This document shows positions 18,319 to 26,431 of a stretch of DNA of 32,000 bases, one piece after another (position 1 is the first letter of the stretch; every line of letters begins with the position of its first letter). Where the stretch lies: contig NZ_PQWO01000034.1 in NCBI RefSeq assembly GCF_003231495.1, positions 5,144 through 37,143 on the forward strand, given 5' to 3'. Under the pieces are notes generated by a model, which worked only from the letters and a program-made list of their open reading frames with translations, searched no databases and was not told where the DNA came from. A program made the position numbers and the translations under genes. This DNA is from Acaryochloris thomasi RCC1774 (GTDB taxonomy: Bacteria > Cyanobacteriota > Cyanobacteriia > Thermosynechococcales > Thermosynechococcaceae).

Positions 18319-18729
18319 ATGCCCGAATGGAAACCCAAAATGCATGATGTGGACGCAGCAATCGCCGTAATGACCGAGGCTGAGATCCCAGCTTGCGAAA
18401 AGGCCTATGGTTTCAGTGTCATGCACACAGACCTTGTCAAAAGCTCACGCAACTTTGCCGAATGCGGGTGTGAACATGATGGTTCAATTTCCATGTCCGT
18501 CTACGTTGACGAAATGCCACCAGTGGTCTGGTTCTTTCGATTCGACTTTCGTGAAATGGCCTGCCTGATTACGGAGTCATATCGACGACTCTCATCCAAC
18601 GCATCACGAGCTGAAATCATCAGCCAAATGCGCTTGGTTGATGCGGAGTACAATCACGATGAATTGGACGCAAGAATCAACGAATGGCAAAAGGAGTTCG
18701 AGAGGCGATTTTCGAACGGTACAAGATGA
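18319..18729 (+). CDS. hypothetical protein
   Basis: 136-aa ATG-initiated ORF. No family recognised. Confidence 0.55.
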   Translation: MPEWKPKMHDVDAAIAVMTEAEIPACEKAYGFSVMHTDLVKSSRNFAECGCEHDGSISMSVYVDEMPPVVWFFRFDFREMACLITESYRRLSSNASRAEIISQMRLVDAEYNHDELDARINEWQKEFERRFSNGTR

Positions 18730-18833
18730 TCAAAGTAATGACCTCAGGTGGCTGACCAGCAAAGCCACATAACGAAAACATACGCGGTCGTTTTAGGTCT
18801 GACCTGCCTGGATGCCAACTCTCCGCAAACTAA

Positions 18834-19157
18834 CTCCCCCAATGCTTTGATTGCCGATACCACGACCAGTCCGGCCACCTTGTCTGCGCTATTCATCCCT
18901 CTGGTCCTGAAGGCGATCGCTGTGCTGATTATGTTGAGATCGCTGAAGTTGCGGCGTATGGGCATTGGGTGCCTGAAGGCTGGGCCTTTGAAGCTGGGGA
19001 GGTGCTGCCGATGGCCGTGAGTTATCAATTCCAGTACAATGCTAGCCATCCGATCGTCACTGGGCGTTGTCCTAGGTGTGGGCATGGCTTTAACTTGAGT
19101 GAGTCACGGGTGCATTGGGATTGCCTGAGTCGTGGCTGGAAGGATGACAGCCTCTAG
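18834..19157 (+). CDS. Cys-rich small protein (CxxC...CAIHP...C...CPxCG...HWDC); N-terminal boundary unresolved
   Basis: Own translation of the open frame from 18834: LPQCFDCRYHDQSGHLVCAIHPSGPEGDRCADYVEIAEVAAYGHWVPEGWAFEAGEVLPMAVSYQFQYNASHPIVTGRCPRCGHGFNLSESRVHWDCLSRGWKDDSL. The only canonical in-frame start is GTG at 18969 (listed 62-aa ORF). Paralogous to 3461..3787. Confidence 0.55.
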   Translation, partial: LPQCFDCRYHDQSGHLVCAIHPSGPEGDRCADYVEIAEVAAYGHWVPEGWAFEAGEVLPMAVSYQFQYNASHPIVTGRCPRCGHGFNLSESRVHWDCLSRGWKDDSL

Positions 19158-19220
19158 GGGAATGCTAGCGGTAGCTGTTCAAAGCAATCCCCTGTGGGAT
19201 GATTATACATATCCCTAAAA

Positions 19221-19979
19221 TTGCGAAAAATCAGGTTTAGGCTGTGTCCTTCCTCATCATATGGACAACACAATTGTGAGATGAAACAAGACATTGATCC
19301 GAGCGACAGCCTCAAAAAAATATCGCTTTACACCTTTATCGCTTTTCTATCGATCAGTGCTTTGTTTGCCATCGCTAGCGTATTTACCGGTAGGTTGGGG
19401 GAATTTGAACTCAAGGTCTTGATCACGACCTCTGTTATTGCCATTGCTAGTATTTGTTCCTTGTGTTGTTCCGTCTACTCCAGTCGGATAAAAAATACTA
19501 TCCCCAGTTACACGGGCATTGCATTGGCAGGTTCTTCCGCCCTGATGTTGATACAGGGTGTGTGGGCAGAGACTGGTTCTGAGGGATATTGGAAAACCAC
19601 AGCTACTCTCAGCATTTTCGCATTCGCATCCGCACATTCGCTTGCGCTATTGGCTGTGCGCTTAAGAGTGGAGCACGCTTGGGTTCAGTTAGTGGCAGTT
19701 GTTAACATCTTCATGTTTGCGACTATTCTCTCTGCGACTATTATTGGTGAGATCAGTAGCGATGGGAATGTCAAATTTATCACCATGCTTGCAATTCTTG
19801 CGACACTGGAAACGTTGGTAATTCCTATCCTAGGGCGATTAGTTAAAGGAAATGGCTCTCCAGTGAGAGAAGTTCTATCCCTCACTAAACGAGTAGATGG
19901 AGCCTATGAGGATAAGCATGGATATATCTATGAAGTAAAGAAAATGTCAGGCAAGCCACCAGGAAGCTCTAGGTCATGA
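19221..19979 (+). CDS. polytopic membrane protein (about 6 TM), unknown function
   Basis: Six hydrophobic segments of about 20 aa. The listed start is TTG; ATG at 19281 (MKQDIDPSD) is more likely. Confidence 0.65.
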   Translation: MRKIRFRLCPSSSYGQHNCEMKQDIDPSDSLKKISLYTFIAFLSISALFAIASVFTGRLGEFELKVLITTSVIAIASICSLCCSVYSSRIKNTIPSYTGIALAGSSALMLIQGVWAETGSEGYWKTTATLSIFAFASAHSLALLAVRLRVEHAWVQLVAVVNIFMFATILSATIIGEISSDGNVKFITMLAILATLETLVIPILGRLVKGNGSPVREVLSLTKRVDGAYEDKHGYIYEVKKMSGKPPGSSRS

Positions 19980-20081
19980 TTGATTAAAGGAACTGCAGCA
20001 ATTGCTGGATTTAATTAACAAAAGGCCACTGGTAACTCCACACACCGATTGGATTTGATCTGGAGGATTGCCAAAACTTGA

Positions 20082-21482
20082 TCACCGCAGTGCATCGATC
20101 TCGATTTGCGCCGCTCGTGCCGCCCACCGTTGTCGGCTTGTCCCAAGGAATTCAATTGCTGCTTGGCCTTCAGCAGGATTGCGTTTAGCCACTAAGACAA
20201 TATGTTTATCTAGTCCCCGCAACCTTATCGATTGGTGTTCATCCCAAAAAGCCGAATGAAACGGCAATAAGCTTGGTCGATGGGAAGCGCGCTTTCTGTC
20301 GAGGAAATATAGTACTGAGTTGAATGGCACTGTAATGGGATAAGACAGCAATGACCTCCACCAGGGAAGCGTTAACCCAAGAGCAAGCCCCAGTAAACCG
20401 TATGCCCAGATGGTGACAATAGGTTGCTTTGATTCAAATTCTGCGAACATCAGCGCTGAACTGCAAGAAGCTAAAGCACCAGCAATTGCACCGGCTTTTG
20501 GTCCCGCTATACGCTCAGCTATGGCGTAGGGCAGCAAGTAATAGATACTCAAAAGTAAGCCGGTGCTCACTCCAATAACCGCACCCATTAATCCTCCCCC
20601 CGTAAATTCGTTTGCTAGGCCGAACATCGAATCGAGAGATGTGAGAAGCGCGATTAAGCCGGTCATTGCTCCAAGAATTGCAACAAACACCATGCCGAGT
20701 AATACACTCAAAAGCGTGCCGAATACAAGGCTAGGTCGCCATTTCCCAGTCCGTATGAAGATTACAGCACCGTATGTTGTGTAAAGTATCAGGACAGATA
20801 AGCCGATAAATGAGCTGTAGCTGAAGCCATACCCTGCTCTGATGAGGCCGATCAATATGATGAATGCAGCCAAGCAGAGTGCGATACTGCCTGCGAAGCT
20901 GCCAAGTAAGACTCCCACGACGGTTCCACTGATCTGTCTTGTCAAAGCATTGCTTTTTTTATGGCATTCCATTTGACCCGAAACACCAATAACCACGCCC
21001 GTTGCCACGCCAACAGCTAAACCACCCCATAAACCATTCGTTAGAATTCCGGCCACTCCGCCCGCCACAATACCTGCCACGCTGCTTGCGACCCCAAGAG
21101 CAACACCAAGCCCCATGCCGATTGTAGTTGCAAGTGTAAGACCGCCTACCATACCAGCGATTAAGCCCTGAAACGCTAGCCCGTCCGATATCATCCCGAC
21201 GCTCAAGAAAAATAAAGTAAGTAAACCGCCGGTCAGAAGAGGCACAATGAGATAGCTCTGCAGCAATAGCCTGTATAGAGGAAACCTGCCCCATTGTTTA
21301 AAGCTGACCTCGGCCCAACTAAAGTCAGGCTTTAGCGCCAGATTCATCCGAGTGATGTGATGATGCCATGCGGAAGGCTGTAGGAAGATCCAGAAAAGAA
21401 GCTGGAGACTTCCTAATAGAATGTTAGGATGCTGCTCAGATTTATGACTATAAACATTCTGGGGTATATTCGGTTGTGCCAT
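20082..21482 (-). CDS. glycine-rich polytopic membrane protein (10 or more TM) with soluble C-terminal tail
   Basis: 466 aa, ATG start. Repeated small-xxx-small stretches (GMGLGVALGVASSVAGIVAGGVAGILTNGLWGGLAVGVATGVVIGV). The hydrophilic tail of about 90 aa ends ...QRWAARAAQIEIDALR. Confidence 0.75.
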   Translation of the reverse strand: MAQPNIPQNVYSHKSEQHPNILLGSLQLLFWIFLQPSAWHHHITRMNLALKPDFSWAEVSFKQWGRFPLYRLLLQSYLIVPLLTGGLLTLFFLSVGMISDGLAFQGLIAGMVGGLTLATTIGMGLGVALGVASSVAGIVAGGVAGILTNGLWGGLAVGVATGVVIGVSGQMECHKKSNALTRQISGTVVGVLLGSFAGSIALCLAAFIILIGLIRAGYGFSYSSFIGLSVLILYTTYGAVIFIRTGKWRPSLVFGTLLSVLLGMVFVAILGAMTGLIALLTSLDSMFGLANEFTGGGLMGAVIGVSTGLLLSIYYLLPYAIAERIAGPKAGAIAGALASCSSALMFAEFESKQPIVTIWAYGLLGLALGLTLPWWRSLLSYPITVPFNSVLYFLDRKRASHRPSLLPFHSAFWDEHQSIRLRGLDKHIVLVAKRNPAEGQAAIEFLGTSRQRWAARAAQIEIDALR

Positions 21483-21579
21483 ATTAAGTTGAACCGTTAG
21501 CTTCTTGGTTCATGGTGTGCCTCTGCTCATCTCCATCGAACAGAAGATAACTATGGTATTGGATGGGGATGTTTCATAG

Positions 21580-21591
21580 TGTACTGAAGGC
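21580..21591 (-). promoter_or_regulatory. candidate operator motif TGTACTGAAGGC, shared with the umuD upstream region
   Basis: 11/12 identity (9 contiguous) with 24520-24531, in the same orientation. It lies 98 nt upstream of the 466-aa membrane-protein ATG, versus 111 nt for umuD. Confidence 0.3.
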
Positions 21592-21661
21592 ATCATCTGT
21601 CAAATGCTTAGTCTGAAGCTCTTTTCCTTGCACCCTTTTCTTGTGAAGGTATGAGCGATCG

Positions 21662-22717
21662 CTAATCATCAAACAAAAAGCTCAAACCATCTTCTCCTTT
21701 TCTGTCTGCACGGGCTGTTTCTACGCGCTCCCAGAGCCGTTCATCATCGCGGTAGATTGACATAGCTTGCTCTGCCAGACGAGCCTCTACCTCACTGCCA
21801 CGGGAGATAGTCTCCACAACGTAGTCAAAAGCCTCTGGCAGCCGCAGGAGAGCAATGGCTTCGAACGCAATCCTCTGTCGTTCCTCATCGAGACTGTTCT
21901 CTGCGAATTCTCGCAGTGCATTGAAAGCTAGCAATCGCCGTGAAGATCCCAAGGTAATTGCTGCAACAGAGACTACATCAATATCGGAAGACTCTAGAAA
22001 CTGAGCCACAAACCGAACCGTTTCATCTTCCTCCTCAGAATTATTGGGGGGACCAGATAAGGCAAACAAGACCGAGAAAATTTCTTCTAGAACCCTGACA
22101 TTGAGTTCTCCACTGAGTGCCCTCAATCGGAGCAAAGCGATGGGCGTTGCTCCTGAAAAACAGCTCAGCGCCTGCGCTGCCCCTGCTCTGGCTTCGGTCT
22201 CTGGGTCTGCCAATAGATCAGCGATGTAGAGTAGGGCATCAGCATATCCAGTTTCAGCCAGTGCCACCGCGCATTCAGCTCTGAGTTGAGCGGCCCGATC
22301 TTCTTTGCCACCCCAGACTGCCTCAAACTGTTTGTACCGTATGCCCCGTATGTAGGTGGTCGGTTCATAGGCTTTCAAACGTCGCAAAGCCTTAATGATA
22401 TTCGCCTTTCCTATACAGCCCGGATCAACATTAGCTCCATTGTGGCTTAGTCGTTCGTATGCTTTCAGCATGTCAGGGATGCCATCTTTCCATTCCAGTT
22501 TGGCCGCAATCTTCGCCGCTTTGCCCACAGCAACGCCATGCTTGCTCATGAATCCCCGGCGCAAGGCAAACCACGTCTCTTCATTGGGGGGAGCATCAGC
22601 CAATTGATCTAGTTGCGAAAGGACTGTCTCGATATCGTTTTTTCGCTTTGCCATTGTTTCATCCCGAGCTTGAATGCCCTTGGTTGAACTTATATATTCA
22701 GTCCCCCTTAGTATCAC
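21662..22717 (-). CDS. alpha-helical repeat (HEAT/PBS-lyase-like) protein coupled to umuC, unknown function
   Basis: The GTG at 22717 overlaps the umuC TGA (GTGA); an alternative ATG lies at 22654. Repeat-like units include ADLLADPETEARAGAAQALSCFSG and FLESSDIDVVSVAAITLGSSR. The C-terminus is acidic. Confidence 0.7.
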   Translation of the reverse strand: MILRGTEYISSTKGIQARDETMAKRKNDIETVLSQLDQLADAPPNEETWFALRRGFMSKHGVAVGKAAKIAAKLEWKDGIPDMLKAYERLSHNGANVDPGCIGKANIIKALRRLKAYEPTTYIRGIRYKQFEAVWGGKEDRAAQLRAECAVALAETGYADALLYIADLLADPETEARAGAAQALSCFSGATPIALLRLRALSGELNVRVLEEIFSVLFALSGPPNNSEEEDETVRFVAQFLESSDIDVVSVAAITLGSSRRLLAFNALREFAENSLDEERQRIAFEAIALLRLPEAFDYVVETISRGSEVEARLAEQAMSIYRDDERLWERVETARADRKGEDGLSFLFDD

Positions 22718-24003
22718 CTCACCACCGGCAAATCATCCCACCGTGTCGTATACGCCGGAGTACACTGCTGCCGTCTCATCGCCCACTGCTGAGTGCAACC
22801 CTCACTAGCAAAGAAGACAGCCCTGCGACCATACAGACGATTGAGCTGATCGACAGTATTCATAAGCGCGATCGCCTTCTCGCTGTCCCTTTCTTGAAAG
22901 AGATGCCCCTGCATTGCATTGTCCTGCGAGATATTCAGCAACATCACCCCTGCCTTCGCATACCGTGGCCCTTTTCTGTAGATACGCCTGAGTACTTGCC
23001 CTGCCGCATTGATCAGCTTGCGGGTGTCAGCAGTCGGCATCGCAAACTTGGCTAAGGCCGACTGCGAGTAATACTCTTCATCAGGATTATGCCGTCCAGT
23101 GCGGATGGAAACCTGAATTGCACCACAGACTGAGTTCTGCGATCGCAACTTCTCCGCTGCCTTGGTTGAGTGCATGGCGACAGACTGCAGCAGTGGCTCT
23201 AGCTCTACGACTCGCTCACCGAAGGACCGCGAGGAAATGATCTGCTTCTTTGGCTGTATCTCTTCAACCCCGATGCAGGGCACCCCCCGTAGCTCCATGA
23301 TGATTCGCTGCATCACCACGCTGTATTGTCGCCGCATCGAATCAGGATCTGCATCTCTCAGGTTTTTAGCGGTATGGATGCCAGAGGCTCGGAGCTTCTT
23401 TGATAAGCGCCGCCCAATGCCCCAGATGTCCTGTACCTCGATAGTCTCCAGAACATGATCTAGTGATTCTGCGCTGCCCAGGTTAAACACTCGCCCTGGA
23501 ATCTTCCGCTTTTTACAAACGCGGTTGGCGATTTTGGCTAAGACGCGAGTAGGCCCAATGCCGACAGAGACAGGGATGCCCGTATGCCGTAGGGTTGTAG
23601 CTGCAATCTCGCGGGCATAGGCATCGAGCGAGAGATGACAGAAGCCCGAGAGATCGAGCCAAGCTTCATCGATCGAATAGACTTCTATCTCAGGCGTAAA
23701 TTGCCCCAGCGTATTCATCACCCTGGCTGACATATTTCCGTAGAGCGTGTAATTGCTGGAGACTATCACTGCTTTCATTTCATCAAGCTGATCGCGGATC
23801 TGGAAGTAGGGGGCACCCATCGGAATGCCTGCCTCCTTCAGTTCGTTGGAGCGGGCCACAATGCAGCCGTCGTTATTACTCAAGATCCCGAGGGGCCGTT
23901 TTGCCCATTTAGGCTTGAAAATTCGCTCACAACTCGCGTAGAAGTTGTTGCAATCTACTAAAGCTATCTGTTGCGAAGTTTTAGACAGTTTTTCTAAAGA
24001 CAC
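22714..24003 (-). CDS. umuC: Y-family translesion DNA polymerase UmuC (Pol V catalytic subunit)
   Basis: IALVDCNNFYASCERIF, SIDEAWLDL, and the little-finger region. The start overlaps the umuD 3' end by 23 nt. Confidence 0.92.
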   Translation of the reverse strand: MSLEKLSKTSQQIALVDCNNFYASCERIFKPKWAKRPLGILSNNDGCIVARSNELKEAGIPMGAPYFQIRDQLDEMKAVIVSSNYTLYGNMSARVMNTLGQFTPEIEVYSIDEAWLDLSGFCHLSLDAYAREIAATTLRHTGIPVSVGIGPTRVLAKIANRVCKKRKIPGRVFNLGSAESLDHVLETIEVQDIWGIGRRLSKKLRASGIHTAKNLRDADPDSMRRQYSVVMQRIIMELRGVPCIGVEEIQPKKQIISSRSFGERVVELEPLLQSVAMHSTKAAEKLRSQNSVCGAIQVSIRTGRHNPDEEYYSQSALAKFAMPTADTRKLINAAGQVLRRIYRKGPRYAKAGVMLLNISQDNAMQGHLFQERDSEKAIALMNTVDQLNRLYGRRAVFFASEGCTQQWAMRRQQCTPAYTTRWDDLPVVR

Positions 24004-24409
24004 CTGTGACCACCCCCCAGATCACTAACTCAGACTCCCGAGTGATCCGAATCGGCTTGTACTCCTTGTTCTCTGGCCGCAGCTCTAGCACCCTGCCTTG
24101 CTTGTAGAGTCGCTTAACGGTCAGCTCACCCTCAATGGCCGCAATAACGATAGAGCCGTGTATCGCTTCAACTGCCCTATCAACCACCAGATAATCGCGG
24201 TCAAAGATGCCCGCTTCCACCATTGAATCGCCCGACACCCGCATGAAGAAGGTTGCTGAAGGATGTGCGATCGCAAGGTCGTTGAGGTCGAGATTACACT
24301 CAATGTAGCTATCAGCCGGAGAGGGGAAGCCAGCAGGGACAAGGGAGCTGAGCAGTGGGCGTTCTAGGAGAGATAGACCTTTTAGCTCGTGAATAGATTG
24401 AACTTGCAT
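23981..24409 (-). CDS. umuD: UmuD-like S24 self-cleaving peptidase
   Basis: The cleavage region VPAGFPSPADSY (Ala-Gly), the Ser in VSGDSM and the Lys in LTVKRL are all present. Confidence 0.9.
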   Translation of the reverse strand: MQVQSIHELKGLSLLERPLLSSLVPAGFPSPADSYIECNLDLNDLAIAHPSATFFMRVSGDSMVEAGIFDRDYLVVDRAVEAIHGSIVIAAIEGELTVKRLYKQGRVLELRPENKEYKPIRITRESELVIWGVVTGVFRKTV

Positions 24410-24511
24410 AGTGGACTAAGTATTCATTGACTGAAAACCCCATTGGCAAAGAAGTAGACACGCGAAACTTGCCCGTGCAGAGGCTCAAAGTGAGAGGTCT
24501 TGCAGGATGCT

Positions 24512-24531
24512 GGTATCTATGTACTGAAAGC
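24512..24531 (-). promoter_or_regulatory. candidate LexA/SOS-type operator upstream of umuD
   Basis: The sense strand reads GCTTTCAGTACATAGATACC. AGTACATAGATACC fits the published cyanobacterial LexA-box consensus RGTACNNNDGTWCB at 13 of 14 positions (GTWC -> ATAC). Confidence 0.3.
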
Positions 24532-24833
24532 GTACCACAGGTTTTCTTGGGATTTCCAGTGTGTTCGCTCGATAGACGGAAGTTTGGACTTTTGGAAGGC
24601 TGTAGAGTTGAGATCGCTGGGGGGGCTGCCGTTTTGGTGAGAGGGGGGCAGTTTGAAGGGAAGAAAGACTGATTGCGGAGTGCCTAGATCTGTGAACGCT
24701 TCTAGGATTACGATGAGGGCTATCGACGCTACTTGAATGGTTTAGCAGGGGGCATGAATTGAGTAAACAGAGGCAGGAGAGACTCTCAAGATTTCATCCA
24801 CTGCTGATCTCACCCAGTTTTGCAATACTCCCC

Positions 24834-25049
24834 TTAGTTGTACTCTCCAGGAGTATCTATCTTCCTGACAGTCACCCTGCCAACTTTTCTCCCTGACATT
24901 CTCAGTAGTTCATCGCCTGAAAATTCAAAACCAAGCTTTAGCGCTATTCGCGCAACATCATCTGCAGTTGATGCTGCTTGCACCTCACTTTTTAATGCAG
25001 GCTCAGACTGCATTTTCTGTAAAAATGCCTCAAGTTGATCTATCGCCAT
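24834..25049 (-). CDS. Nif11-domain small protein (RiPP-leader-like), orphan
   Basis: 71 aa. MAIDQLEAFLQKMQSEPALKSEVQAASTADDVARIALKLGFEFSGDEL matches the Nif11/leader-peptide pattern. There is no Gly-Gly cleavage motif and no Cys-rich core. Confidence 0.8.
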   Translation of the reverse strand: MAIDQLEAFLQKMQSEPALKSEVQAASTADDVARIALKLGFEFSGDELLRMSGRKVGRVTVRKIDTPGEYN

Positions 25050-25121
25050 ACTTTATATTTTTATTCTCGCAAGCTGGTCGTGTGTTGAATAGGAAAACCA
25101 TTCTAAGCTTCTAGTACTGTA

Positions 25122-25814
25122 TCAATAATTGATTGCTGGGTAGAGTCTTTGTAGCTTGACTCTGGCCTCCTGGGTTGTGAAGCGCCAGTTAATCCACGTC
25201 CCCTTCTGATTGCGATGGCTATTCCAAGCACTCACCTGCTTTTGTAGGTTTTGAAAATCAGCAATGCGTTGGTCTAAGCATTGGCGAGCAAGAATACTCA
25301 ATTCAATCTCAGCCATATTCAGCCAGCTTCCATGTTTGGGTGTGTAGACAAACTCAAGCCGAGACAAAATCCGTCGAGCTTCTTGTGGAGCAAACGCTTT
25401 GTAGAGTGATGAAGGCGAATGAATATTGAGATTATCTTGAACAAGCGTGATTTGACGGGCCTCAGGATAAAACACATCCACTAGCTCCTTGAGCAGATGT
25501 GCATAATCGAGTGCGGTTCTGCGTTGGGTGACCTTTACATACCGTGCTCCCACTATCGGCTCACATAGCATGAAGAGATTGGCCGTTCCATTACGCTCAT
25601 ACTCATAATCGACACGCTCTGGTTGACCGCGTCGAGCGGCAATGGGGATGGTGATTTCTTTAACCAGTTGCTTGGTGGCTTCATCGAGACAAATTAACGG
25701 GTTTCTCAAGTCATAGGGACGCTCATAGACGGCTAAGATCTCCTCCATACGCCAGACAAACTCTGCATTCTGATGCGGTGGAATTACCCAACAAGTCTTT
25801 CGCCAAGGTTGCAA
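25122..25814 (-). CDS. IS630 transposase OrfB (DDE catalytic domain), expressed by -1 frameshift from OrfA
   Basis: OrfB is in the -1 frame relative to OrfA. Slipping on CTA AAA AAA A gives ...TLKKNALQPWRKTCWVIPP, the usual IS630 junction. DDE candidates: LICLDEAT, VQDNLNIH, NMAEIE. Confidence 0.85.
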   Translation of the reverse strand: MQPWRKTCWVIPPHQNAEFVWRMEEILAVYERPYDLRNPLICLDEATKQLVKEITIPIAARRGQPERVDYEYERNGTANLFMLCEPIVGARYVKVTQRRTALDYAHLLKELVDVFYPEARQITLVQDNLNIHSPSSLYKAFAPQEARRILSRLEFVYTPKHGSWLNMAEIELSILARQCLDQRIADFQNLQKQVSAWNSHRNQKGTWINWRFTTQEARVKLQRLYPAINY

Positions 25815-26254
25815 TGCATTTTTTTTAGCGTTCCTCGGACGGTTTCATAACTGAGGTGGTCGATGTAGCCTAATTCGACCATTTGGTCGGCGAGTAATCG
25901 CAGTGTCCAGCGAGCATGGCCGACCGGCGGTTCGCTACAGCGTAAGGCAATCAGATGAGCTTCTTGCTCTCCCTGCATTTTTCGCTTGCGACCTGAACCA
26001 GAGCGTTGATTGATGGCAGCATCAAGGCCTTCTTCAACGAATCGCTGACGCACCCTCTCAATGGTTCGAACACTTACGCCTATCGCGTCATGAATCTCTC
26101 TATCACAGCAACCGCCACTGGCTTGGTTAACATCGGCTTTGAGGAGAATACGGGCATGATTAATCTGCCTAGCCCCCCGTCTACCAGTTGTAATGAAGGT
26201 GTGCAGGTGCTGTTGCTCTGCATCACTCAGGGCGACAATATAGCGTTTGGCCAT
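25784..26254 (-). CDS. IS630 transposase OrfA (HTH domains)
   Basis: N-terminal helix-turn-helix/winged-helix region. The ORF ends shortly after an A8 tract (T8 on the plus strand, 25819-25826). Confidence 0.85.
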   Translation of the reverse strand: MAKRYIVALSDAEQQHLHTFITTGRRGARQINHARILLKADVNQASGGCCDREIHDAIGVSVRTIERVRQRFVEEGLDAAINQRSGSGRKRKMQGEQEAHLIALRCSEPPVGHARWTLRLLADQMVELGYIDHLSYETVRGTLKKMHCNLGERLVG

Positions 26255-26343
26255 TGGGCTATCCCAGAATGCATCAGGACCATTCTACAAATAAACCCGT
26301 CAGTCAATACTTGACTCAATACTAGTAAATTCTACAGTAGATA

Positions 26344-26375
26344 AACTACCCCGCCCTTTTTGAGATGGGGTAGTT
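26344..26375. terminator. hairpin between the IS630 end and the exonuclease gene (possible terminator)
   Basis: AACTACCCC (26344-26352) pairs with GGGGTAGTT (26367-26375). T-rich sequence follows on the plus strand. It lies 57 nt downstream of the minus-strand stop at 26432. Confidence 0.4.
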
Positions 26376-26431
26376 CATCTGCTCAGTTTTGGATTTTTTA
26401 CGCTTCCTTGCCGCAATATCTAGCTGAGCAC

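Larger units (their letters stand above)
25114..26322 (-). mobile_element. complete IS630-family insertion sequence (1209 bp) flanked by a TA duplication
   Basis: Imperfect terminal inverted repeats GTACTGTATCAATAATTGATTGCTGGG and GTATTGAGTCAAGTATTGACTGACGGG (19/27). TA lies at 25112-25113 and 26323-26324. Two overlapping transposase ORFs are present. Confidence 0.85.

Noticed and set aside
18744-19085. 113-aa minus-strand ORF
   Set aside because: It is antisense to the plus-strand frame whose peptide and DNA are conserved with the 3461..3787 paralogue. It has no motif of its own.
20563-21294. ORFs 20563..20784 (+) and 20959..21294 (-) inside the membrane-protein gene
   Set aside because: These are alternative frames of a Gly/Ala-codon-rich gene, which generates long open shadow frames. 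The 466-aa frame has coherent TM periodicity.
24521-24535. GTAC-N7-GTAC (GTACTGAAAGCGTAC) as the LexA operator
   Set aside because: The spacing does not fit the cyanobacterial LexA-box consensus (GTAC-N4-GTWC). The overlapping AGTACATAGATACC on the sense strand fits better and is reported instead.
24427-24672. 81-aa TTG-initiated ORF and G7/G6/G3 tracts (24619-24660) as a possible G-quadruplex
   Set aside because: The ORF has a non-canonical start and low-complexity G-rich coding. The G-tracts have long and uneven loops, so a G4 call is not supportable by eye.
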